NCBI GenBank assembly: GCA_051530055.1
Contig: CM121341.1
Coordinates: 18,206,784-18,270,783, forward strand
DNA: 64,000 bases
Direction: 5' to 3'
Source: Neoechinorhynchus agilis
Taxonomy: Eukaryota; Animalia; Acanthocephala
Shown: positions 10,246-23,057 of the stretch, in pieces
How the letters are laid out: the number at the start of each line of letters is the position of its first letter
Numbering within the stretch: position 1 is the first letter of the stretch
Translations under genes and position numbers: made by a program
Notes under the pieces: model-generated
Told to the model about the DNA's origin: nothing
Database searches by the model: none
Seen by the model: only the letters and a program-made list of their open reading frames with translations

Positions 10246-12455
10246 ATGACTTCACCAAAAAGAGAGTGCGAGGAAAAAGGCATTTCTGGCACGACTACTA
10301 GCAGATACAGTCTTCGGTCCAGGAAGCAAGGTTACATTCCGATATCCTACGACGATCTTCAACATGGGATTATTGTTGAGTCCGGAGTAACCAAGACCAG
10401 TATAGCACGGATAACTGCTGAAAAGTGCTTGAAGCAATCGAGGGAAATCGGCATTTTACCTGATGAAGAAGGTGCACATCGATTCGAGATGCAGCGAAAA
10501 CGAAGGTCTGATGCCGACCAGCAGGGACTTTTCGAGTGCCCAGAGCCAGAAGAGGCTACCGAGGAAGAAGACGAGTCCTACTGTATTTGCAAAAAAGCGG
10601 GATGTGGATTGAAAATGGTAAGTTGTGACAAATGTTCAGGGTGGTTCCATCTTCAATGCGTTGAGATGGATCGTGAAGAGGAAGAACTTGTAGATTCTGA
10701 AAAGATTGGGTTTGCCTGCCCATCGTGCGTAGACAATGAGTGCCCGTCAACGTTCACAAATAGTAGCCTCGAGGAACGCCCTGGTGTCTATTGTCTTGCT
10801 CTGAACTGTGACAGGGCACCAAAGAAACCGGCTCTGTATTGTTGCAGTGAATGTATTGATCGATACGTAGATTGCTGTCTTGTGGCAATAAATAGAGATT
10901 TGTGTAAGAAACAGTTAGTTCTTCTTAAGCAAGATGACCGTCTAATGATGCAAGATCCAGTGATGGACGTATTGATGACACGCGGAATGCCATCTTGTCC
11001 GACTGTTAAAGACGTTAAGCAGTTTTTAAGAAAAAGACCAAATTAAGGCAAAATGTCTTTTTATGATTGATCTTAAAAGATATTTTGAACGTATAGAGTG
11101 ATAACACCGCATCTCGTCAAGTACGACCTATTTATGATGACAGAAACTTTTTATGCTGACAAAATAGCGGACTATAGGAACGCTATCTTGGGTCCTTTGA
11201 AACGGCGCCGCATGACTTCCGAAAGTGAACAAACTCATGCGTGTGAAAAGCAATGTATTCGGTACCGAGCAAAAGAAAGATTGTTTCTTGAACTTATGAA
11301 ACGACGCCAAGATGTTGGTTTTAGAATCAGAGAGGATGCTGTGTTGTTCATTTCGTTCCGGGTTGAAGAAATTATGTTCGACGCCTTGGAGGATTCTTCA
11401 AACACCTACAGTACTCACTATACATCTCTTATTCATAACATCAGAGATACAAAGAATCCTGTAAGTTTTTAAACGCCATTGTATTCTTTTAAAAAGTTTC
11501 GTTTTAGGACTTTTTTAAGTATATTTTGGCCGGAGCTTACGACTACGAGCTCATTGCTACTATGCACTCACATCAAATGCTTTCAGAAGCTAAGAAGGTA
11601 CAGCGTCTGGTTAATTCTAGAAAAGAAACTGATAGATGGGTTGAAGCTGCACGCGTTGAGCAATCTATAGGAAACAATAAGCAATCGTGGTTCGATACAT
11701 TAAGACGTAGTAGTCGTGAAGATTTGCCTGAGATGGAACCGTCTGCTCAGGACAAAATGGCTGTAATTGTAAACACGCCTATTGCCGCAGAAGACGATGA
11801 GTGCGTTCGAGACGGCGAAAGTTCATTTACAGATGAAGAGCATTTGACGATTACACGCGTTTCTCCTCAGAAGTACGGTCTATGGCACGAAGATACAGAT
11901 CAATTTAGTCAATCAACGGTTTACTTTGCTAATATTAGACCAATTACGGTTGGTGTTTACGAGATCGCAAAACTCCATTCAGACACGATCCACCTTCCTG
12001 AACAGTTCCTCGTCCGCAGTGGTCTATCGTATCAACTTATGTGGGAATATTTGGCCGGTGTTGTTCTTCGATCTTCTGAACGTCAATTGACCGTACTTGG
12101 TCTTGTTCCAATGAGTGATAATGAACGCAGTCAGTATGAGAAAATAGTGTTTGATTTGGCTTTAAAGGATAAATGTGGAGTCTGTGTAAGCGAATCGGAC
12201 AAGAATCGATTTGTGTTTCTCGTTCCGTTTATGGCAGATTGTCGTCTTTTCTCATTTCTCCTGGCGCGGGGAGTAATGAACATAGGGCGGGACCACGACG
12301 CAATACTGGTAACATTCATTATCTCTTGTGGAGACTCTCGCGTGGATGATATGTACAGTATTGAGAAGTTTCCAGCCCAAGTTGATGGCCACAGTGTTGA
12401 GCAACACGAGGCAAGGTTAATGGATCGTCTGATTGAAATCGAAGAAGTGAAGTGA
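10246..12455 (+). CDS. DIDO1: DIDO1/PHF3-family protein (PHD, BRK, TFIIS-central, SPOC), three coding exons
   Basis: PHD YCICK...MVSCDKCSGWFHLQCV; BRK-like PTVKDVKQFLRKRPN-YRVITP; the TFIIS-M motif KNP|DFFKYILAG is joined by GT-AG intron 11461-11508; SPOC-like C-terminus. The first junction (~11044-11097) is anomalous. Confidence 0.85.
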
Positions 12456-13049
12456 TTGTGTGTTCGGATGGTCCATTTGGACAAAAGATTGTTGGAATAA
12501 GTAGAATGTGCGACCGAGCGATGGGTCATTCTGGTTGCATATCTAAGATTCCCATGCATCTTGTCACTACTTTGTATTTTATTTTAAGGTTCTTGCTGGC
12601 AAGCCGGTTTGTTTTCATATCATCATTAAATTTTCGTTAAACAAGTTGAGATAGTATTTGGCTCTATTAATTGTGAAAAATGAGATATGCATACCTTACA
12701 AATAGAAAAATTTAACAAGTTTCGATCGAAAACAATTGAAATGTAACTCGCACGTGTATTTAGTTTCATTTTAGATGATTTATTCAGCATTGGGGGTTCA
12801 CATGTGTATTTAGTATAAAAAGTGGCGTAATTGTCAAGAAGGTAGAGCTATTGACCACAGCTCATTGTAAATAAGCGCTTCGCTAATTTTGAGTATTGCA
12901 CATTTATTTGCTGATGCGTACCGGTTTTACCGACAAATGGAAGTCCTCGCTCACGAGATTGTCTTTAAGTCTAGATACGAATCGCCAATGCGGTATGGCA
13001 CTGCGTACCTTACGAAAAGAATATGTTTTAGCATTTCTATCTAGCAGTC

Positions 13050-13860
13050 GCCGATTGCTAGCCATCATAATACATTCGTAAGTGCCCGGATCAACACCAT
13101 GTTAATTTCGGCATGCCGTACGAATCTACCGGCCGATTTTCTAAGAACAACGGAAGCTGCAATCGAGAGACTGCAAGTGGACGTTGAACGAATCGAAAAC
13201 CTAAAGGAACTGAAAAAGCAATTGGTATGGTTGAAACTAAAACAGGCGTGGAACGGGTTTGAAGAATTAAGTGAAAGCGCTCGCTCACAGGTACAAATGA
13301 TTCCCAAACAACGAGAAGTTCTAATTTCTCATCAAAACAAGGTCGTGGAAAAGACCAATGAAGTTTCCAAATTGAAGTATTAAGCAGATCAGTCTTAACG
13401 GAAGCTAACTGAAATGAAGGACGCTATTGACGCGGTAAAACGTTTAGTCTCTAACAAAAGTAAATATGCGGACACAATCGATGCTGAACTTAATAGAATT
13501 CAGGGCGATGATGGGCAAAGTGATGAATTGGATGAAATACTATCGGAAGTGCGAGCAAAGATCAAAAAGTGCGAAACTGAAATCGTTTCTTTAAACAATG
13601 AACTACTTCTACCCGAAAAAGATTGTTCTGAAAAAAAGGATAACATTAAATCTCGGTTGCATGAAACCAGGCGAAATTACGATCGTGCTGGCGAATACTG
13701 CCAGCGGGTTTTGGCGAAAATGACAAAATGTAAGGAAGAGATTCGATCGTTAAACGGCAAACTTAAGTCTTTTAAACGGTTTAAGCAGCAGGCTCTTGAA
13801 TATGTGCGAAACGTGAGACCGGATGTTTGCACGGCCCACCCTAATCAAAAATTTCAGGTT
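13050..13860 (+). pseudogene. SMC5: SMC5 coiled-coil fragment with two in-frame TAA stops
   Basis: ERLQVDVERIENLKELKKQLVWLK...KQQALEYVRNVRPDVCTAH resembles the SMC5 arm just before the hinge; TAA at 13381-13383 and 13396-13398; no ATPase head seen. Confidence 0.6.
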
Positions 13861-14161
13861 TGTGTAATTCAGCAATCTACGCACATTCACTCGTGCAATT
13901 AAAAATATCTATTCAACGATCCATGGATGAGTTAGAAGTGATATGATCGATCGGATTGAAACGTACCACCAGAGAAAAAGAATAAACATGGAAGGATAAA
14001 TTCATGAGTAGCTTATTTAGTTTTTATGCGAAAAATTGTCGCGGAAAATCACGATGAGTCTTTTATATCACACATTAACAATTTCGATTTCTATATAGCC
14101 TTTCAACTTACAACACTTGTTCGCCGTCTCCCACGCAGTCAAACGCTTTTAAACCACTTTT

Positions 14162-15177
14162 TCAAAATCTATTTCCATGGCTATGCACTTCTACCGTTTT
14201 CGGGCAAAACTCATTGGCGAGAACATCTATGAGTCTATTCCACGATCCATGGATAAACATTCGCCTCAAAATGTGACTGTACAAATGAACGGCAATTGAG
14301 TTCTTTTTGACGTGTTGAAGCCGCCTATTTAATTCCGGCGAATCTTGTGGTCTAATGCGGAGCAAAATACTGACTTCGTCGAATCCAAATGGATAAAATG
14401 CTTCTTTGGGAAGAATGTGAACTGGGAGGTCGTTCTTTAAGAATACATTGTCTATAGAATGTGGACCCGCGCAATTCCAGCAATCGGGATCATATGAATT
14501 CATTGCTTCACGAAGCAACATTCGCATAAAATGAGATCTTCGCTCGATTATTTGCATGGCTCCGTTGGCGAAATGGTTACAAAGAGGAAAGTGTTTATAA
14601 ACGATTTATACCCCATGAGTAGACTTTCCTCAATCGCCGCACTGTTTTCCAATCCAACAAAACTGTACGAAGGAAGTGGGTTCACGGATATCAAATCGGT
14701 ATCCATGTAAGCACCGCCCTGTTCGTACAAGATTATCAGACGGATGATGTCACTAAGATGAAATGGACGATATTTGTAGGTTCCGTTGAATTGATGCTTC
14801 GACCATTGCCACGTAATTGGATGTTCATTTAGGATACGCAAAATACTTCTTTTAGTTACTTGAACGTTTCGGTATGAATTTTGCATAGTCATCAGAGGCG
14901 GATAAACGGGAAGGTCTGCGTCTATGAGAACCGAAATTGTACGGTAAGGATTATGCAGTGCGGCGGATTCAACGGCGCAAGTAGCTCGATCCGTCCATCG
15001 CCCACTGACGTGAATAAAATGAACAGGAAGTCGCAAGTGATCAAATCTCAGTGAGCTAAGAAGTCTGATTGTAATCCCTGCAACCATGGTAATAACGAAA
15101 AAAGCAATCCAGCTCACTCGGATGTTTACGATTCGAAAACGGATCGAATGGTTAAGAAGACGTTTAAGCTTCAACAT
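14162..15177 (-). CDS. Alpha-1,4-glycosyltransferase (A4GALT/A4GNT-like, GT32), type II membrane protein
   Basis: N-terminal TM helix; CAVESAALHNP, HLSDIIRLIILYEQGGAYMDTD, FANGAM, WNCAGP, FYP, AVHLYSH; two frames joined at ~14577-14611. Confidence 0.85.
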
Positions 15178-15891
15178 TGAAATCGGAAATCAAAAAAGGA
15201 GAGGCAACCCAACTCACTTGCAATTTGTTATGTACGAAAGTGACTAATCTTTCAGTGTCTTTCATCCGTCTTTGAGATTTCAGGCCAAGGTGTGATTGTG
15301 CCTATAAAGGAGAATAGTTTTTCACCTAAAACGTGCAGTTTTTGTAGCTTGTTTTATGGTTCTAAATCGTTTGTTGCTTCCTCTCCAATAACAGTGCTTT
15401 TGCGACAGATAAAAAACGTTCAGTCGTGAACTTGAGTGACTCACAGCTCTAACATTGGGCGCAGAATCTTTTCGGACACTTGATCTCATTACCGGCTCTC
15501 CCACAATCGAGGATAGAACGATTTGAGGCAAGTTCTGTCATGCAAATCCACATTTCATGACCTACAAACTCTCACCAGTGCCGTTGTAACAAACAATCAC
15601 TTTCGATCCATTGATGTCCATTGAATAAGACAACACGTTATGACTTTGTCGTTTAGCAACGTCGACGCATTGGATATGGTTTAAGTAAGCGTTGTTATCG
15701 GATCGATTCACAACGATTTCAACAATCTTTAGAAATGTAACTCGGTCTTTCGCTTTGCGAATTTTACAATGCGTTTATCTTTTAAATTCGGAAACTTGCA
15801 ATCGCAGTTATTATCATCTTGAAAAACGCATAATCATTTAAAGTCCTGATTGCATTTCCTTATAATTCGACCGGTCGATTATGCACAAACC

Positions 15892-16219
15892 GGGCAAAGT
15901 GATGAATTGGATGAAATACTATCGGAAGTGCGAGCAAAGATCAAAAAGTGCGAAACTGAAATCGTTTCTTTAAGCAATGAACTACTTCAACCCGAAAAAG
16001 ATTGTTCTGAAAAAATTGATAACATTAAAGCTCGGTTGCGTGAAACCGGGCGAAATCGCGATCGCGCGGGCGAATATCGCCAGCGGATTTTGGTGAAAAT
16101 GACAAAATGTAAGGAAGAGATTCGATCGTTAAACGGCAAACTTAAGTCTTTTAAACCGTTTAAGCAGCAGGCTCTCAAATATGTGCGAAACGTGAGAACT
16201 GATGTTTACACGGCCCACC
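15892..16219 (+). pseudogene. SMC5: Second partial copy of the SMC5 fragment
   Basis: Near-identical to 13512-13839 (gggcaaagtgatgaattggatgaaatac...cacggcccacc). Confidence 0.6.
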
Positions 16220-17567
16220 AATGCAATGGATCGTTGCGAATGGTCATAATTTTCTAAGAGGCGCGTTTTCAATCCGCCCATTATTAGTATTAGAATGAAT
16301 GATTCACAGATTTACAAGTACATTGAAGCGAATATACCTAAGTCGGGATTTCTCGTCCTTATTTCTTTTTGAATCCCTTGATGACCTTAAAGTGTTTATG
16401 GTCGAATGCCTCAACCTCAAAAAAAATTGCACATGTAAAATCTACCGCAAAACTCCCTTATCTTTATTTCCTTTGGTGCCCTCTGAGATGCATAAAAGGG
16501 CATCGAGTCTTCATTGGGCATTGGCACGAGGCCGACGCTTACTGTTAAAGTGTTTTATTCGCACTTAAATGTACGTTTTGACCATAAGGCCAAGATTTTG
16601 CAATGCGCACTCTATAAAAGTTGAAACTTTTTCCAATAGTGCGTCATCGTAAGAAGTCTAAACGAGGCTTTTTCCTAAATTGTAGAAGAACGGCAATTTC
16701 TTTAAATGTTGTTTTTGAGATCCTTAGCATTTAATTAACTTTTTTACTGTACAGCAATGGTTTTGATTTTAAAATCTTCTCTTAGCGCGCTCTTTCCTTC
16801 ATAAAATTGGTATTCGGTTCAATAATCAATTAGAACGGTTAAATTTAATTTTAAGATAAAATTAAAAATAACGTAATGGAGAATGAAGAAACAAATAAAC
16901 CAACTCATTCGAAAAAGTTTACGAGGACGTTCCATTCGTTACAAAAAAATTAAAATGTACCTTTTATTTGCGTCGCTTTTTAAGAAAAAAATAAACTCTT
17001 CAAAATAGAAGGGCGTTTCAAGAGGATTTAAGCCCAGTCGGCCCGAAAGGATTTGTTCGTGAAAAGTTATCCAATCTGCTCTGTACATTCACGATCACTA
17101 ATTTAGAAATCGTGAACATCGAACTCAAAATTAAACTGATGTCAAATTTTGAGATTCTGAAACGCCAAAGTCATTTGAAATCGCAATTGTGTCAAATTAA
17201 TGCTTTTTGCCTTGCAAAGAAGCAAATTGAGCGTTAATATTGGCACGCTTTTGAACTTAGACGCCCATCAACGCCAAGCCTTCATCGTGCCGTAAAACAA
17301 CAAACAGGATGGTCATTTAAGAAGAGCAAAGTTCTTGAACGATGAGATCATTTGACGTACTTGTATAATTCTTTACTATTTAAACGCGCACATTTTTAAA
17401 TTTATTACGTCACGTTAATTTCACTATTTATTCAGTAACAATTCAATTTTACCATGATCATCAAACAATCACTTTATCGGGCATGTTATATTTCTTTGTT
17501 TCGAAAAAAGATTTTTGAATGACAACGGCAGCCCTCAATTGTTTGAAGTTCGGATTTACTCGACTTT

Positions 17568-18300
17568 TTGATGTTCCTGTATCCTGGTCGTCTATTTTCC
17601 GATCATATTTTAAAAACTCTGTTTCATAGGATTAGAGAAGAGATCCGAATCAGCGAGGACCAACGAGGATTCAAGCCCGGCAGAAGCACAATCGACGCAA
17701 TATTCGTTCTAAGGCAGCTGTATGAGAGGTTCAATGAGATGCAGTGCCCGTTGCACAGTGTGACACGGTCCCTCGAGATTTGGTGTGGGCATTCCTAAGG
17801 AAAATGAATTGCCCAGAACACTATGTCGCCGCGATCTAAGTGATGTATCGAGAATGCTACTCCTGCATGCGATGCCACAGCGGAACGACCGACTATTTCC
17901 GACTCTCCATGGGTTTGCTACAGGGTTCGGCTCTGAGCCCATTCTTGTTCACGATCGTGATGGACGTCCTAGGAAATGCGGGAAGAGAAATGAACGCACC
18001 ATGGACGATACTATTCGCGGACGATTTGGTGCTCACGGCTAGGGACGTGGACACGCTCAGGAATTTGCTGGAGAGTTGGCGACCGCGATTAGAGAGCAAC
18101 GAATTGAGAGTGAGCAGGCCCAACACGAAATACATGGGGTCGTGTAACCTCGATATGCAAGGAACTCAGATCGAAAAGATGAACACATTCAAATATTTGG
18201 GCAGCATGTTGAACATGCAATGTGAGCTCGCACCAGAGATCGAACAAAGAGTTCAATGCGGGTGCGCCGCGATGCGTGCGATGCCACAGCGGAAAATTTC
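17568..18300 (+). mobile_element. RTE-clade LINE RT fragment
   Basis: EDQRGFKPGRSTIDAIFVLRQLYERF, GLLQGSALSPFLF, ILFADDLVL, FKYLGS; frameshifted. Confidence 0.85.
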
Positions 18301-18399
18301 GTGCCTTCAAAATTTATGCGATGTTGCATAGTTTCCTGGTGGTTTGAAATGGCGGATGAATGATCAACACGTCGACAGGCTCTCCGGAATATCCGCATT

Positions 18400-19100
18400 G
18401 TCTGTCCGATCTATACCTTGTCACATTGATTGCACTGTATTTTATACACCCCGCAAGTTGCGAGGGTGATACCTTTCTTGTTGTACGCAAGAACTCCAAC
18501 CTCCGTCCTCATAATCGAATTGATTATTTGGTTTGTTGCATCACCAAAACAAATTCAACTCTTTCGAATTTCACGGACCTTTGGAGCAGTTTTTTGTTCC
18601 GTGTTCGGTGATTGCTCGTCCTAATACCCAATGGGTTCATGACGTCGGTTTATAGGAAGCAAGGTGTTCCACATATGGTGGTCCCATGGATCTCTGCACA
18701 ACCGATCAGATACAAATTGGCAAGAGTCAGGTCGATGTACATCACAGCATTTCGGTACTGTTCGGATGAGGTACTACTGAAATATGAATTAAATTGGATC
18801 TACAACAAACTAAAAGTGAGTAGATATCCAAGGATGTACATTGAGAAATGTATGAAGGCAGCTCGATATGTTCGTGTGATGAGAACAGACAATCAGGAGG
18901 AAAAGAAGCAATTTATCGATACACCATTCATCAGTGATCAATGAAACTCTAAAATAGAAACCCTGATAAAACGACGCGGTCATCCTTGTGCACCATTGGT
19001 TTAGTGAATGCCAAGTTGCGATGTCAAACGTGGTTCATTACACTGCTTGGTAAGTCTGCCGAAAATTCAATTGCTTTAATCAGAGGGACATTTTTGAAGG
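18400..19100 (+). mobile_element. Penelope-like element RT C-terminal fragment
   Basis: TSVYRK, SAQPIRYK, AFRYCSDEVLLKYELNWI, SRYP and PFIS motifs typical of the PLE thumb/linker. Confidence 0.65.
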
Positions 19101-19499
19101 GAGCGTTCACGTCAGCCGTAAACATCCTATATTACTCGACGTTAAATTTCCTCACCTCAGACGCAAACGTTGGGTAGTCCTTAATGTGCGACCACAATCT
19201 GCGAGGATGAGGATTGGCGGGTCTGTCTACGGTGATGCAGGGACGGTTTCGGCCTGTTCCCGAAGGTGATCGAGTCTCTTGAATGGCTTCGGCCTTCGAG
19301 GACGGCAGACTGCGCTTCCTGAGCAGTATGGCTCAATAATGAAATAAAAGAAAATATTCGGTGATATGCAAATTCTGGGGTATGGCGCAAAAACTCTTCA
19401 AAACCAAGGCTTGGAGAGGCTTATTGTTTCTGGGACTAGAAATGAATTATCTTCGTCGAGGAGGGTCATATATTTCACATATCTAATCGACTTGAAATG

Positions 19500-22090
19500 T
19501 TAGAGGAGAGAAACACAAACATTAGTATTTAGCGACAAGCGACATTTGTCTCATTTAAAGCCAGTTGATCCGCTACTGATAACAAACCGTTTAAAAAACG
19601 ACGATCGAACGTCGATTGGAGCACGATAAGAACCAGAACATTTATAATATACGGAATAATGTCTTGATCTGCGGTGTCGAGTCTTAACTAGATGACAAGA
19701 GATGGAGAGGTGGGAACGTGAAATCTTCGGGATATAAATTTTTTGAAATGAGATGGATGGGAGAGGTTTAAGGTCATTTACGAAAATGCTAAGAAGTGGT
19801 GACAAGACGGCGCCCTGAGATACGCCTTTGATAAAGGGTAGGGTGATCGAGGAGATATTCCGGCAATGAATGTAATGTTAGCGATTGTGAAGATAAGAGG
19901 TCAGCCATTGGATTAACCAAGAGTTTAGACCGAAATCGGAACAGGCCGCTGTCGATAAGTCCAATTGAATGCGACGGGTGATGTGAGAGGAATTATTGAC
20001 GAGTCTGCGTAGGAGCGTGTAGTTTCAGTTTCAATTAGCTATGTTTGATTAACAAAAAACTGCATGTTATCCTTTTCAATTCGTTTTTCAGGATCCTAAA
20101 TTTTTTTAAACTTGAACTTTTATACTTCCAATTCAGATGATCAACGCTTGAAAATTTTCGGCCTTTTCGTTGGCCTTCTTCAGTCAATTGTTTGCAAGTG
20201 TTTACGACGTAATTAAAAGCAGGGCATCCGTTGCCGAAAATTTGGGTCAGAAGCCGTAATTGTAAGGGCGGCAGTTTCTTGTTGAGAAGTGGAAAAGGCG
20301 TGTTTTGAAACATCTTTCGATAATTTTTGGGAAATCGGACAGAATAGATATGAAATGACGGAGCTTTTTTTAAAGGTATATAAGTTTTACAATAATCAAA
20401 CATAAAACGTGCAATCATCACCGCCCGCAAAATCTTAGCTTCTCTCCTTCCTCGGCTGTCGCTATCACGCTAGCAGCATTGCCTCGTTGAACTGCGAGCG
20501 AGATATTTTGTCGCAGGAATACACCTGCTCGTGTGTCACCGGTGGACGGAATGAATCGGTGGAAATTGGATGTTCATTTTTGGGAAGTGGAATTACTTTG
20601 GCATTTTTCAAGCATTAAGGGCATGGAGGGAGTGATAAGACACAAGAGTGGTTAGAGTTCGGGGGAATATTGTTTAGAGGCGGATGAGTAGGCATCGATA
20701 TCGGTGAATACTTTATCGAGGTGATCGTTAAGACTTGCTGAGAAGTCAATTAGTTGACGCAACTCGGAGAAGGTTGAGAGAGGAAATGGTTTCGTGAAGT
20801 CCCCTACAGTTAGAAAAAGGTGCGAATTTTGGGTTTTTTTAGCTCCATCATGGAATCAAGTTGAAGTATAGAGGAATCAGGACGAGAGGCAGGGGAGCGG
20901 TTGACGCCAGCGGTTGTGAATTGTCTAGGATCATTTCTTGGAGCTGAGAAGTGGACGGCAATGAATTCTAGAGCTGGCTTTCGCAGAGAGCCCATGATAT
21001 ATGAAAAGTAGGGTAGTGAGTGATTGTCGTGCGAAAATCGAGACACTCCCTAATGGACGGTCCTCGCGGTATGTATTAAAGGAAGAGTAACCAAGGAAGA
21101 TGGTTGAATTGCTGTTGACGGGAGTAAGCCACGTTTTGGTTAAGATGACTACGTCAGTTTTTGAGGTAGATGAAATGAGTGAAATTTCATCTAGTTTTGG
21201 AAGGAGGTTACTAGTATTGGAATAGAATACGGTGGGGAAGGGAATTTTGGATTTCGAAAAACCGAGGGCCGAAATGAGGGAGATTGGGGTTGCGTTGCTC
21301 GTTGTGGGTCGTGGATTAAAGGAGGAATCGTTACAAGATGCCGATATAGAAAGATTGATTATCCAAAAGAGAGAAGTCAGGGAGTGAATAGAAAATTTGT
21401 GTTGGGATGAGTGATTGGCAATTATAGGAACGAGTTTTGAGTTGAGAATTGGTCTGGGTCAGCTGTATGGTATTTTTGTGTAGAGGTTGAGTGATTATTT
21501 ACTTGTATTGGCAGGAAAATGGTGTTTAATGTTGAAGGACTGGGAGATTGACCTTTATGGTTTTTTTGGGCGCCGGTGGGGTTGCACTTATTCAAATACG
21601 TTGGAGAATCGTTTAGTCTTCGAGTTTTTGGGCTGTGTAAGATGTTCCGGGGCGTTGGGTAAAAGCGAAGGATTATACTGGGAAGATGAGGTCTGGGTTT
21701 AGTTTGGAGGGACGGTGGAAAGAAGCGATGATGAGTTTTTATGCGGAAGGAGCTTGTATCGCTGGTTGAGAAAGAGATTGGCTACGAGTTGTGAATTAAA
21801 TTTCACTTTGAGAAGACATAGGCCCGGGTAACGGGATTTTTAGAGGGAATGCGCCTAACAGTTGATGGGGAGGAATAGTAGGGTGAATGTCGGGGAAAAG
21901 GAGTTGACCGTTACGAAGAATTTGGTGGCGTGCATCAGCGGCGACAAGATCTGCAACAGGGGCTTCTGGCATACCAGCAATAAAGATGATGCGATTTATA
22001 TCCTTGAGGGAAGAGTGCACGACACGATGGGTAGAGTTCAGATCGGCGAGGGATGATGGGTGAGGGGAGGGAGGAGGCGTCACGTGACAG
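19500..22090 (-). mobile_element. Decayed CR1/L2-like LINE (ORF1 end, APE, RT pieces) with insertions
   Basis: Minus frames: ORF1-like RIIFIAGMPE (21796-22083); APE-like FYSNTSNLLPKLDEI...VVILTKTWL (~21250-21130); RT GVSQGAVLSPLLSIFVNDL (~19830-19770). Confidence 0.65.
20385..20545 (-). mobile_element. CRE-like 3' fragment
   Basis: GDTRAGVFLRQNISLAVQRGNAASVIAT; 3' UTR similar to 55700-55760. Confidence 0.75.
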
Positions 22091-22770
22091 AAATGAATCG
22101 ATGGGTTGATTGATTTTGATGGAGTTCCTCCTTTTGTTTTTTTCCTACTCGTTCAGATGTTTCGTCGAACTTTTGTTCGACCTTAGCCTTCTAAGTAGCT
22201 ACTAAAAGTAAATCGCTTTAGTTTTTCCCATCGTTACCTTTTATCACAGTCACAATATCATACTCCTCCACAGTAATTTTAGAATCATAAAGTACTACAG
22301 GCTGAATATCGTCGAAATATTCTCAGTCTTTAGAACACCATTCGTTTCCAACAAATCTTTATTCGAGTTTAGCATACTGATGGAATCTACCAAAACCTTA
22401 TTCTCCTTTGTGGTCGCTTCACTATCCGATTTCAGTAAACCTATAGCCTGTTTCTTAGAATTCCACTTTGAAACCTTTGTCTGCCTCATTGAACCGTTAG
22501 CTTTTTTTCCCTTTGCACTTTTTTGACTTCGAACAACTGCTCACTTTTAATATCTTCATTTTCGCACTAAATAGCCTCCGTTAATATATCCTTAACCGTG
22601 CTAATCACTACAATCAATGAGCCCTTTAGAGTGAAATAATTGATAATTGATTTCTAACTTGATTTAGCGTGAATGTTAATTTTTTTATTATTGCGTCAAA
22701 GTATTTCACCACGTTTCAAACACTTAAACAACACTAATACCGAGATCAAAACGACAAACATAAACAAATC

Positions 22771-23057
22771 AAGTATCTATGTGCGGCCTTTTTCACGGCT
22801 TATAATTTTTCTTGGGCACACAACCCACCTATCTGGTTCAGGGAAGCGCATAAAATCAATTAATACATTGCTGAAGGGAGGAAGCTCACTGATGAGTCCC
22901 GCCTCCTGGAGGTATTTCAGAATCCGGAGGAATGTACAAACTCATAACCGTATAGTTAAGGGTATTAAGTGATTTTATGCGCTTCTTTGAACCAGATCGA
23001 TGGGCTGTGTGCCCAAGGAACATTATCAGCCTTGAAAAAGACCGCACATAGATACTT
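22771..23057. mobile_element. Foldback element: ~96-bp inverted arms around a partial hammerhead-SINE core
   Basis: 22771-22866 is the imperfect reverse complement of 22962-23057; the spacer contains CTCA-CTGATGA-GTCCC...GGTATT on the + strand. Confidence 0.75.
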
